A DNA stretch of 64,000 bases. Source: Mobula hypostoma. Taxonomy: Eukaryota. Under the pieces are notes generated by a model. The model did no database searches and was not told the origin of the DNA. It worked only from the letters and a program-made list of their open reading frames with translations. The translations under genes were made by a program, and so were the position numbers. The stretch lies in contig NC_086108.1 of the NCBI RefSeq assembly GCF_963921235.1, positions 59,708,001 through 59,772,000 on the forward strand, written 5' to 3'. Positions within the stretch are counted from its first letter, which is position 1; every line of letters begins with the position of its first letter. Shown here in pieces: positions 50,550-61,672 of this stretch.

Positions 50550-50943
50550 AGCAACACACATCAAAGTTGCTGGTGAACGCAGCAGGCCAGGCAGCATCTC
50601 TAGGAAGAGGTACAGTCGACGTTTCGGGCCGAGACCCTCCGTCAGGACTAACTGAAGGAAGAGCTAGTAAGAGATTTGAAAGTGGGAGGGGGAGGGGGAT
50701 CCAAAATGATAGGAGAAGACAGGAGGGGGAGGGATGGAGCCAAGAGCTGGGCAGGTGATTGGCAAAAGGGATATGAGAGGATCATGGACAGGAGGCCCAG
50801 GGAGAAGGAAAGGGGGAAGGGGGGAAAAAAACCCAGAGGATGGGCAAGGAGTATAGTCGGAGGGACAGAGACAGAAAAAGGAGAGAGAGAGAAAGAATGG
50901 GTATATAAGTAAATAACGGATGGGTTACAAGGGGGAGGTGGGG
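50550..50943 (-). mobile_element. Young Penelope-like 3' fragment
   Basis: 12-bp TSD CATCTATACTCA (50538-50549, 50944-50955); highly similar to 61021-61415. Confidence 0.9.
50614..50649 (-). ncRNA. Minimal type I hammerhead ribozyme motif with one core substitution
   Basis: Minus strand reads AGTC CTGACGG A GGG-TCTCGG-CCC GAAA CG TC GACT: stem I AGTC/GACT, stem II GGG/CCC, palindromic ACGT, GUC cleavage triplet; core A9 is replaced by G. Confidence 0.75.
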
Positions 50944-51262
50944 CATCTATACTCACATTATTTCACAGATGTGCAGTAGAGAGCATCCTAACAAGCTGCA
51001 TCACTGCATGGGATAGAAATTGCACTACTGTGGACGGGAAGGCTCTACAACAGGTTACACACACAAAATGCTGGAAGAACTCAGCAGGTCAGGTAGCATC
51101 TATGGAAATGAATAAACAATCAACGTTTCAAGCCACAACACTTCTTCATGACTTCACGAGTAGTCAAAACTACCCAACATATCACTGGCACCAGCCTACC
51201 TGTCATCAAGGACATATGTACAGAAACATGCCATAAAAATGCTAACAGTATAATTAAGGATA

Positions 51263-53467
51263 GAAACATAGAAAATAGGTGCAGGAGTAGGCCATTCAGC
51301 CCTTCGAGCCTGCACCGCCATTTATTATGATCATGGCTGATCATCCAACTCAGAACCCCGCCCCAGCCTTCCCTCCATACCCCCTGACCCCCATAGCCAC
51401 AAGGGCCATATCTAACTCCCTCTTAAATATAGCCAATGAACTGGCCTCAACTGTTTCCTGTGGCAGAGAATTCCACAGATTCACCACTCTCTGTGTGAAG
51501 AAGTTTTTCCTAATCTCGGTCCTAAAAGGCTTCCCCTCTATCCTCAAACTGTGGCCCCTCGTTCTGGACTTCCCCAACATCGGGAACAATCTTCCTGCAT
51601 CTAACCTGTCCAATCCCTTTAGGATCTTATACGTTTCAATCAGATCCCCCCTCGGTCTTCTAAATTCCAACGAGTACAAGCCCAGTTCATCCAGTCTTTC
51701 TTCATATGAAAGTCCTGCCATCCCAGGAATCAATCTGGTGAACCTTCTTTGTACTCCCTCTAAGGCAAGAATGTCTTTCCTCAGATTAGGGGACCAAAAC
51801 TGCACACAATACTCCAGGTGTGGTCTCACCAAGGCCTTGTACAACTGCAGTAGTACCTCCCTGCTCCTGTACTCGAATCCTCTCGCTATAAATGCCAGCA
51901 TACCATTCGCCTTTTTCACCGCCTGCTGTACCTGCATGCCCACTTTCAATGACTGGTGTATAATAACACCCAGGTCTCGTTGCACCTCCCCTTTTCCTAA
52001 TCGGCCACCATTCAGATAATAATCTGTTTTCCTATTTTTGCCACCAAAGTGGATAACTTCACATTTATCCACATTAAATTGCATCTGCCATGAATTTGCC
52101 CACTCACCCAACCTATCCAAGTCACCCTGCATCCTCTTAGCATCCTCCTCACAGCTAACACTGCCACCCAGCTTCGTGTCATCCGCAAACTTGGAGATGC
52201 TGCATTTAATTCCCTCATCCAAGTCATTAATATATATTGTAAACAACTGGGGTCCCAGCACTGAGCCTTGCGGTACCCCACTAGTCACCGCCTGCCATTC
52301 TGAAAAGGTCCCGTTTATTCCCACTCTTTGCTTCCTGTCTGCTAACCAATTCTCCACCCACACCACTACCTTATGCCCAATACTGTGTGCTTTAAGTTTG
52401 CACACTAATCTCCTGTGTGGGACCTTGTCAAAAGCCTTTTGAAAATCCAAATATACCACATCCACTGGTTCTCCCCTATCCACTCTACTAGTTACATCCT
52501 CAAAAAATTCTATGAGATTCGTCAGACATGATTTTCCTTTCACAAATCCATGCTGACTTTGTCCGATCATTTCACCGCTTTCCAAATGTGCTGTTATCAC
52601 ATCCTTGATAACTGACTCCAGCAGTTTCCTCACCACTGACGTTAGGCTAACCGGTCTATAATTCCCCGGTTTCTCTCTCCCTCCTTTTTTAAAAAGTGGA
52701 GTTACATTAGCCACCCTCCAATCCTCAGGAACTAGTCCAGAATCTAACGAGTTTTGAAAAATTATCACTAATGCATCCACTATTTCTTGGGCTACTTCCT
52801 TAAGCACTCTGGGATGCAGACCATCTGGCCCTGGGGATTTATCTGCCTTCAATCCCTTCAATTTACCTAACACCACTTCCCTACTAACATGTATTTCGCT
52901 CAGTTCCTCCACCTCACTGGACCCTCTGTCCCCTACTATTTCTGGAAGATTATTTATGTCCTCCTTAGTGAAGACAGAACCAAAGTAATTATTCAATTGG
53001 TCTGCCATGTCCTTGCTCCCCATAATCAATTCACCTGTTTCTGTCTGCAGGGAACCTACATTTGTCTTTACCAGTCTTTTCCTTTTTTACATATCTATAA
53101 AAGCTTTTACAGTCTGTTTTTATGTTCCCTGCCAGTTTTCTCTCATAATCTTTTTTCCCCTTCCTAATTAAGCCCTTTGTCCTCCTCTGCTGAACTCTGA
53201 ATTTCTCCCAGTCCTCAGGTGAGCCACTTTCTCTGGCTAATTTGTATGCTTCTTCTTTGGAATTGATACTATCCCTAATTTCTCTTGTCAGCCACGGGTG
53301 TACTACCTTCCTTGATTTATTCTTTTGCCAAACTGGGATGAACAATTGTTATAGTTCATCCATGCAACCTTTAAATGCTTGCCATTGCATATCCACCGTC
53401 AATCCTTTAAGTGTCATTTGCCAGTCTATCTTAGCTAATTCACGTCTCATACCTTCAAAGTTACCCC
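51263..53467 (-). mobile_element. Young 5'-truncated CR1 LINE, copy 2
   Basis: TSD AATTAAGGATA (51252-51262, 53479-53489); near-identical to 46076-47910. Confidence 0.96.
51350..53029 (-). CDS. Uninterrupted CR1 ORF2 reverse-transcriptase region (559 aa; endonuclease missing)
   Basis: KSPGPDG, NYRPVSLTS, QHGFVKGKSC, YLDFQKAFDKV, GVPQGSVLGP, FADD; frameshift just upstream (ORF 53031-53345). Confidence 0.9.
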   Translation of the reverse strand: MIMGSKDMADQLNNYFGSVFTKEDINNLPEIVGDRGSSEVEELSEIHVSREVVLGKLKGLKADKSPGPDGLHPRVLKEVAQEIVDALVIIFQNSLDSGLVPEDWRVANVTPLFKKGGREKPGNYRPVSLTSVVRKLLESVIKDVITAHLESGEMIGQSQHGFVKGKSCLTNLIEFFEDVTSRVDRGEPVDVVYLDFQKAFDKVPHRRLVCKLKAHSIGHKVVVWVENWLADRKQRVGINGTFSEWQAVTSGVPQGSVLGPQLFTIYINDLDEGIKCSISKFADDTKLGGSVSCEEDAKRMQGDLDRLGEWANSWQMQFNVDKCEVIHFGGKNRKTDYYLNGGRLGKGEVQRDLGVIIHQSLKVGMQVQQAVKKANGMLAFIARGFEYRSREVLLQLYKALVRPHLEYCVQFWSPNLRKDILALEGVQRRFTRLIPGMAGLSYEERLDELGLYSLEFRRPRGDLIETYKILKGLDRLDAGRLFPMLGKSRTRGHSLRIEGKPFRTEIRKNFFTQRVVNLWNSLPQETVEASSLAIFKRELDMALVAMGVRGYGGKAGAGF

Positions 53468-54034
53468 TTAAGGATATCAATTAAGGATATCACCCACCCT
53501 GCTGACAGAGTGATAGTCCTACCCCCATCATGAAGGCGGCTACGTAACATCCACGCCAGGACCACCAGACTCAAAAAGAGCTACTTTCCTCAAGTAGGAA
53601 AGCTCATCAATACCTCTACCCTCTAACCCACTCTGCCACACCTTTTAGTGTCACTTCTATATCATTTCCTATCTTTCTCCTTATGTACAAGTGTGCCTAG
53701 CATCACTTTATGGATGTACATACAATTAATCTATGTACAAAAACTATCTTATGTAGTTATATTTATTGCTTTTTCTTATTGCGTTCTTTATCTTATCGTT
53801 ATTTTGCTTTGGGCTTCATCAGATTTTGAGTAACAATTGCTTTGTTTTCTTTCACAACTGTGTATTGGAAATGACATTAAAAAGCCTTGAATTTTGAATC
53901 GTGAATAATTTGTTAATATACTCCATTAGCCTGAAAAAGTGCAGTTCCAATAAGTCTGATCACATTCACACCCTAAACATTTTTCCAGTTGTAGTGTGGG
54001 GGCCACTTTCAAAATGGCATTAGATATGTACCTC

Positions 54035-55560
54035 AGATGGGGACAGGGAGCTATATCATAGTGAGATAGATGGGCTTGGTGAGTGGTATCACAACAATAA
54101 CCTTGCACTCAGCTTCAGTAAGAACAAGGAACTGACTGTTGACTGCAGGAAGGGGAAGTCAAGGGAACACACAACAGTCCTAACTGAGTGCCTACCCTTT
54201 CAGCAGTGGACAAGCTGAGCAGTTTCAAGTTCCTGAGTGTCGACATCACTGAAGAACTATCCTGGGCCCAATTTATTAATGCAGTTATGAAGGACACATC
54301 CCAGTGGCTGTATTTTATTCGGAGTTTGAGGAGATATGGTATGTCTCTAAAGACTCTCGCAAATTGCTAGAGACATACCGTGGTGGGCATTTTAACTGGC
54401 TGCATCAGCATCTGGTATGAAGGGGCCACTACACAAGATCAGAAGCGTTTGCACAGATTGTAAACTCAGTTAGCTCCATCATGGACACTAGCCTCCCCAC
54501 CATGCAAAGTTTAAAGTAAGTTTATTATCAAAGTACATGTCTGTCACCATATACTACCCTGAGATTCATTTTCTTGCAGGCATTCACAGTAAGTAAAAGG
54601 AAACAATAGAATCTGTGGAAAATCGCCCATATCAAAGGTGGACAAACAACCAGTGTGCAAAAGACAATAAATGGTGCAAATACAAAAAATATATATTATA
54701 ATAAATAGATAAGCAACAAGTATTGAGAACATGAATTGAAAAGACCTTGAGAGTAACTTCATGAGTTGTGGAATCAGTGTTAGGGTGAGAGAAGTTATCC
54801 CCTTTGGTTCAAGAACCTGATGGTGGAGGGTGAATCTGGCGGTGTGAGTTCTCAAGCTCCTGTACATCCATCCTGATGGCAGCAGTGAAAGACAGCATGG
54901 CCTAGCTGCTGAGAGTCCTTGATGATGATGGTGGTTTCCAGTGACAGCATTCCTTAGTGGGGAGGGCTTTATCTGAGATGGGCTCAGTCGTGAGAAGGGC
55001 TTTACCCGTAATGGGATGGGTTGTATCAACTACTTTTCGGAGGCTTTTCCAATCAAAGGCTGCAACATATCAACATCACTGGCCACTCAAAGAACTTCCT
55101 CACTGTGGATGTAAGTGCTACTGGACGGTCGTCATTGAGGCTGGTTACTACATTCTTCTTAGGCACCAAAATAAATGAAGCCTGGTTGAAGCGGCTGAAT
55201 CGAGGACATCTTCGAAAGGTAAAGTATCAAAAGTGTGGCATCCATCCTTAAGTACACCCACCATCCAGAGAATACCCTTTTCTCATTACTTCTGTCAGAG
55301 AGGAGGTATGGAGGACACACACTCAACATTTTAGGAACAGCTCCTTCCCCTCCGCCATCAGATTTCTATTTGGACAATGAACACTATCTCACTAATTTTG
55401 CTTTCTTTTTGCATTATTTATTTAATATTTTAAAATTTATTTATATACAGTATGTACTTCTTATTATAATTTATAGTATAGTTAAAGTATTGCACTGACT
55501 GCTTTTGCAAAACGACAAATGTAATGACATATGCCAGTGATAATAAACCTAATTTTGATT
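54035..55560. mobile_element. Rex1/Babar (+) fragment with a nested Rex1/Babar (-) fragment (about 54506-55215)
   Basis: SFKFLSVDITEELSW...LYFIRSLRR; ASILKYTHHPENTLFSLL; inner element LLPSGWMYRSLRTHTARF. Confidence 0.75.
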
Positions 55561-57879
55561 TGCACAGTGTATCTTCCAAACCTATGTCCTTTTCCATCAA
55601 CGAGGACAAAGTTAACAAGCACATGGGAACATCACCACCTGCAAATTCCCCTTCACCTGTCATGCCACCCTGACTTTCCCTGTACGTTGTGTGTCGAAAG
55701 TACTGGAGCTTCCTCTACAGCATATTTGAATGTATCTTCTCCACAAGGGTCAAAATTGTTCAATGACAGTTAAGGAATTCTTGCCAACAACGTCCAAAAC
55801 CAAAAAAATGATAGTCAAAGGCATAGTCTACTTGAATTTACCTTATGGCTTCTTTTACAAAATGGCCGCTTAACTTTGTAAGAATTCTAGTCATCTCAAA
55901 TCATGTCTCGGTGAGAGGACGTGCCAACAGGAAAGCAAAGAGACAAAACTGGAAGGAAAATATCAGATTTTAAAGGTGCTTTCAGCAGTACCTTTTTAAG
56001 AATATCTCAATGTATATTGTATATGGGAAGTATAAAAAAGTCATCATTATCAGTCGTATTTGAGTGCCTGAGAGGAATCCTGAAGCAATGAAGCAGTGCA
56101 GTTGCCTCACTTTTTAATTATGCTAATAAATAATTTAATTTATATTGCTAAAGGTATGAGCCAAGTATAACAAACAAAAATAAAATAAAAAATCCTAGGG
56201 GGTTGAAATCTGCAGATGACTATTTATTCATGCAAACCTTCCAGTCTATTATTAATTTTGAAGTTGATTCCTTTAACACTCACAGATGATTTAACAATGT
56301 GCTTTGTGCACTAATATTAAAGACTATTCCAAGCTTCCCCTGCTGTGCTTAGTTGCTTGTTCAAATTTATAAGAAGCAGGAACGCTAAAATCACAGTAAA
56401 GTTGAGGAAATCTCATGCAACAAGAATTGATTGCACAGTATATTCAGTATGACCCCTGGATGTTTTGTGAAAAACTGCTGATTTGATAATATTTTTAAAA
56501 CAGATGGTTATAAGGCAGAAACAGGCAAAAATAGAAATATTTAAACTCAAGCAGTCAATTCTATAAGCAGATTTGTTCTATAGTTCATTTACGTCATTTT
56601 GTGAAGCATTATTTTATAAAATGCACATAATAGCCTTTGTGATTGAAAACATTTAATCAATCTTGCCACTATATTTGTATATCTCTTCTGTGGGAACTTT
56701 TTGGAAACTTGCTGCATTGGAAAGTTATATTTCCTACTGGGCATCAGAGCTTTCAGAGCGAAGTCTTAGTTTCGTATCTGAGGTTTCCTCGGTTTGTGCT
56801 ATGAGAACAATTTCTGTAGCTCACTGCTCAGACTAATGTCAGTTGCAAATTTCACAGATGTTCACCAGTTTTTTTTATTGCAGCTGCTTAAGCAAAATAA
56901 TAGCACAAGTGCACCGTGATATGATTTATGATCATACATTAATCCATTGTAAGCCATTCAGCTCCGCAGCATCATCCCTGCAGTAAGGAATTGATCTCAC
57001 AAATTTAATAGTCTGCATCTTGGTCACCAGAATTTTTAGTTCTGCTTTTTCCCCATTCTGTGTTTCTAAAAATGTTCAGATATTCACTGCAAGTTTCAGA
57101 AAAAGTCACTTACAGTATTCCCACCTTTCCCCAGTGGTTCAAAAGGTCAAAAGATGTCAATACCTTAACCAATATCCATGCCTGTATCTTGCCTCAGCAA
57201 GAATGCAGAGGAAGTGGAGGAGCAGAAGCAGGACACACCTTATGGTAGGAACTATGGTCGGAAAATGCGCCGGATTCACTGCCAGCTCCCTTTCTCAGAG
57301 AGGCTGCACGGGTACAAAATATGCTAGGAAGACCAGAATATCATCTGCTTGCTATAAGGCCTTGCAATTTAGAATGGAGATGACCAATACTCTCAAATTC
57401 ATTTGCTCTGTTTACATCAAGTAAAGCCATTGGAATTTTATACAATCTCAGCAGAGATCCATGAGGAGCTGCATTCAAATAGCTTAATGAGTTTGCCTTC
57501 TAAAGAGCTTTGGAGATTGTTAAAATCGATATCTTCTATGGATCAAAGTGACATATCCATTATCTTCCCATAGTTGGTGACAGTCTTATAGTTGTGATTG
57601 TCATTCCAATCCCAGTTCCATTTGGACCAATAAAGGCTCTTCTCAAGGAACTAGTTCTGTGCAAATGATCATGCATTGAATGTCAAGAAATTATTTAGCC
57701 TTTAATCTCTGAGCATGGTGGGAGCACTCACAGTCCTACTGTCCTCCAGCATCTATCATGTGTGAACAGTTCAACATAAGTGACAAGGAAATGACAGGTA
57801 CACTAAGCTCAGAAGCTGTGTGGAGATACTCTGCCATGTCACCAGAAATGCAAGGATTGAGTATAGTTGCACACAAATA

Positions 57880-59060
57880 GTGTCACAGAGTACAACAGCA
57901 CAGAAACAGGCCCTTTGGCCCATCTAGTCCATGCCAACCGTTATTCTGTTTAATCTTATCAACCCACACCTGGACCAAAGCCCTTCATACCCCTTGCATT
58001 CATATACTTATCCAAACTTCTCTTAAAAGTTGCATCAGACCTGCCTCCACCATTTCCACTTGAGCTTGTTCCACTGACACCACCCTCTGAGTGAAGAGGT
58101 TCCCCCTTAGGTTTCCATTAAACATTTCACCTTTCACCCTAATCTATGACCTCTAGTTCTATTCTTGCCCAGCTTCAGTGGAAAAAAAAGCCTGCTAGCA
58201 TTTATTTATCCATCTACACCTTTCATAATTTTGTGTACCTCGGTCAGATCTCCCCAAATTTTCCCATGCTCCAGATAATAGACTCCTAGCCTATTCAATC
58301 TTTCCCTTTCACTCAGCTCTTCAAGTCCCAGAAACATTTCTGTAAATTTTCTGTGCATTCTTTCAATCTTATTGACATCTTTCCTGTTATTAGGTGATCA
58401 AAAGTTCATATAATATTTAAAATTTGGCCCCACGTATGGCTCTGCAACATAACCTTCAAACTACTGCACTCAGTACTCTGATTTATGAAGGCCAATGAGT
58501 CAAAGTCTCTCTTTACCACCCTGTTTACCTGTGATGCAACTTACAAGGATTTATGGATCTGTATTCCCAAATCGCTTTGATCTACCACATTCCTCAGTTC
58601 CCTACCATTCACTGTGTACATCCTCCCAAAATGCAACATCATACACTTGTCTGCATTAAATTCCATGTACCATTTTTCAGCTGGTCCAGATTCTGCTGCA
58701 AGCTATGATAACCTTCTTCATTTTCCACTATGTCCCTCGTCTTGGTATCCTATGCAATTTTTTTTCCACCTTATCATCCAAATCATTAACATGGATGACA
58801 AACAAACTCAGACCCAGCACCAATCCATGAGGCACACTAGTAGTCATAGGCTTTCAGTCAGAAAGGTAACCACCTACTACCGCTCTCTGGCCTCTCCCAT
58901 GAGCCAATATTGAATCCAGTTTGCTACTTTATCCTGAATGTCAATTGACTGAACATTCTGGACCAGCATCCTATGCAGAACTTTGTCAGAGGCCTTTCCA
59001 AAGTCCTACAATATTGGTCAGAACATGACCTACCATACACAAAGCCATGTTGACTAAATC
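57880..59060 (-). mobile_element. Decayed CR1 3' region
   Basis: Tail ACAGCACAGAAACAGGCCCTTTGGCCC and RT remnants. Confidence 0.8.
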
Positions 59061-61020
59061 TTTTCATATACTTTTTGTATAATTTTGTACATTTCTATCA
59101 ATTCTCCCCTCACTCTTCTATGCTCCAGGAAACAAAATCCTAACCTAATCAACCTTTCCCTATAACTCAAGCCCTCACGTCCCAGTAACATCCTTGTAAA
59201 TTTTTTCTACATTCTTTCAATCTTATTTACATCTTTCCTGTAGGTAAGTGACCAAACTGGGCACAATACTACAAATTAAGCCTCACCAACATCTTACACA
59301 ATTTCAACATAACATGCCACCTCTTGTACTCAATGCCTTGATTCTAGCGTGCCCTATCACTCACCATGTAAGCTGCAACATTCTGGATAGTCCTCCCAAA
59401 TTGCAACACCTCACACAGCATTAAGTTCCGTCTGCCAATCTTCAGCCCATTTTTCCAGCTAGTACAGACCCCACTGCAAGTTTAAAGAGTTTTCCTCGCT
59501 GTCCACTACACTCCTAACCTTGGTGTCATCCGCAAATTTACTGATCCAGTTTACCACATTATCCTCCAGATCGTTAATATAGATGACAAGCAACAATAGA
59601 GCCAGCACCAATCCCTGTGCACATCACTCGTCAGAGAGGCAACCATCAACTACCACCCTCTAGCTTCTTCCTTGAAGCCAAGCGACTGAACCTTCTTGAC
59701 CAACCTTTCATGTGATACCTTGTCAAATGTTTTGCTAAAGTCTATGCAGGCAACATTCTCCTCTTTGCCTCCATCAACGTTCCTTGTAGCTTCCTCAAAA
59801 AACTCTATAAAATTAGTTAGACATGACGTACCACACACAAAGCCAGGTTGACTATCCCTAATTAATCCCTGTCTATCCAAATATATCTGATCCCTTAGAA
59901 TACCTTCCAATAACTTTCCCACAACTGATGTCAGGCTCCCTAGCCTATAATCTCCTGTCTTATTTTTAGAGCCTTTCTTGAACAATAGAACAACATTAGC
60001 TCACCTCCAATCCTCCAGCACCTCACCTGTGGCTAAGGATGTTAGAGCCTATGCAATTTCTGCACTTTCCTCCCACAGGGTCTAAGGGAACATCTTGTCA
60101 GGCACTGGAGATCCATCCATCATAATTTGCTTCAAGACAGCAAACACCTCCTCCTCTGTAATCTGTACAGGGCCCATGACCTCGCTGCTGCATTGCCTCA
60201 CATCTACAGGCAATGTGTCCATCTCTCAAGTAAAATAAGATGCAAAAAATTCATTTCAGATCTTTCACATCTCCTTTGGCTCAATGCATAGATTATCACT
60301 TTGATCTTCCAGAGGACCAATTTGTCCCTTGCTGTCCTTTTGCTCTTAATATAGCTGTGGAAGTCCTTAGGATTTTCCTTCACCTTGTCTGCTAGAGTAA
60401 CCTTATGTCTCATTTTAGCCTTCCTGACTTGCTTCAGGTGTTCTCTTGCCTTTCTTATACTCCTCAAGTGCCTCATTTGTTCTTGCCTGCCTATACCTGC
60501 TATGCACATCCTTTTTCTTAACCAGGGCCTCTATCTTTTGAAAACCAAGGTTCCCTAAACCTGTTATCCTTGCTTTTTGTTCTGACAGGAACATACAAAC
60601 CCTGTACTCTAAAAAATTCACATTTGAAGGCCTCCCACTGGCAAAGTGCACCCTTGCCAGAAAACAACCTGTCTAAATCTACACTTTGCAGATCCTTTCT
60701 GATACCCTGAAAATTGGTCTTTCTCCAATTCAGAATCTCAGCCGAAGAACCAGACCTATATTTTTGCATACTTTACTTAGAAATTAATGGCATTATGATC
60801 ACTACTGTATATGCAGAGTATCCCCTACACAATGTTCAGTCACCTGCCCTGTCTCATTCCCTAATAGGATATCTAGTATCACGCTCTCTCTAGTTGGGAC
60901 TTCTATGTACTGATTAAGGAAACTTGCCTGAATACATTTGTAAACTTTATTCCATCCTGCCTTTTTAGAGTATAGGAGAGCCAGTCCATATGTGAAAAGT
61001 TAAATTCACCTACTCTCACA

Positions 61021-61472
61021 AGCTACACACATCAAGGTTGCTGGTGAACGCAGCAGGCCAGGCAGCATCTCTAGGAAGAGGTACAGTTGACGTTTCAGGC
61101 CGAGACTCTTCGTCAGGACTAACTGAGGGAAGAGTTAGTAAGAGATTTGAAAGTGGGAGGGGGAGGGGGAGATCCAAAATGATAGGAGAAGACGGGAGTG
61201 GGGGGGAGGATGGAGCCAAGAGCTGGACAGGTGATTGGCAAAGGGGATATGAGAGGATCATGGGACAGGAGGTCCGGGGAGAAAGACGGGGGGGGGGAAC
61301 CCAGAGGATGGGCAAGGGGTATAGTCAGAGGGACAGAGGGAGAAAAAGGAGAGTGCGAGAAAGAATGTGTGTATAAAAATAAATAACGGATGGGGTACGA
61401 GGGGGAGGTGGGGCCTTAGTGGAAGTTAGAGAAGTCGATGTTCATGCCATCAGGTTGGAGGATACACAGACG
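61021..61472 (-). mobile_element. Penelope-like 3' fragment including the ORF C-terminus
   Basis: Minus strand RLCILQPDGMNIDFSNFH* at about 61416-61472; sister of 50550-50943. Confidence 0.88.
61085..61120 (-). ncRNA. Minimal hammerhead ribozyme motif (core intact, stems mutated)
   Basis: Minus strand reads AGTC CTGACGA A GAG-TCTCGG-CCT GAAA CG TC AACT. Confidence 0.65.
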
Positions 61473-61592
61473 ACATCTTTCTCCACAACCACTCTACTAT
61501 CTGTTTTGGCACTCGAGTTCCCATCCCCCTACAACTCTTGTTTACTCCCCACCCTCATTCCCCGTGCAGCACAAGCAAACCTTCCAGCAGGA

Positions 61593-61672
61593 CAGTGGTT
61601 TCCAACTTGGGGCCCACAGACACCTTGCTTAATGGTATTGATCCATGGCATAAAAAAGGTAGAGAACCCCTG
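61593..61672. mobile_element. 80-bp hAT-type MITE
   Basis: TIRs CAGTGGTTTCCAAC and GTAGAGAACCCCTG; 8-bp TSD CAGCAGGA/CACTAGGA; removing it restores CR1 ORF1 sequence. Confidence 0.75.

Larger units (their letters stand above)
49755..53900 (+). mobile_element. Rex1/Babar LINE (+) interrupted by Penelope fragments and young CR1 copy 2
   Basis: ORF 49812-50441 (LCNWVLGFLT...KFADN...NKTKEMIIEFR); ANSIIKD|ITHPA across the CR1 insertion; 3' end near 53880. Confidence 0.85.

Noticed and set aside
51327..52442. Plus-strand ORFs of 230 and 134 aa, also duplicated at 46150-47259
   Set aside because: Antisense shadows of CR1 ORF2.
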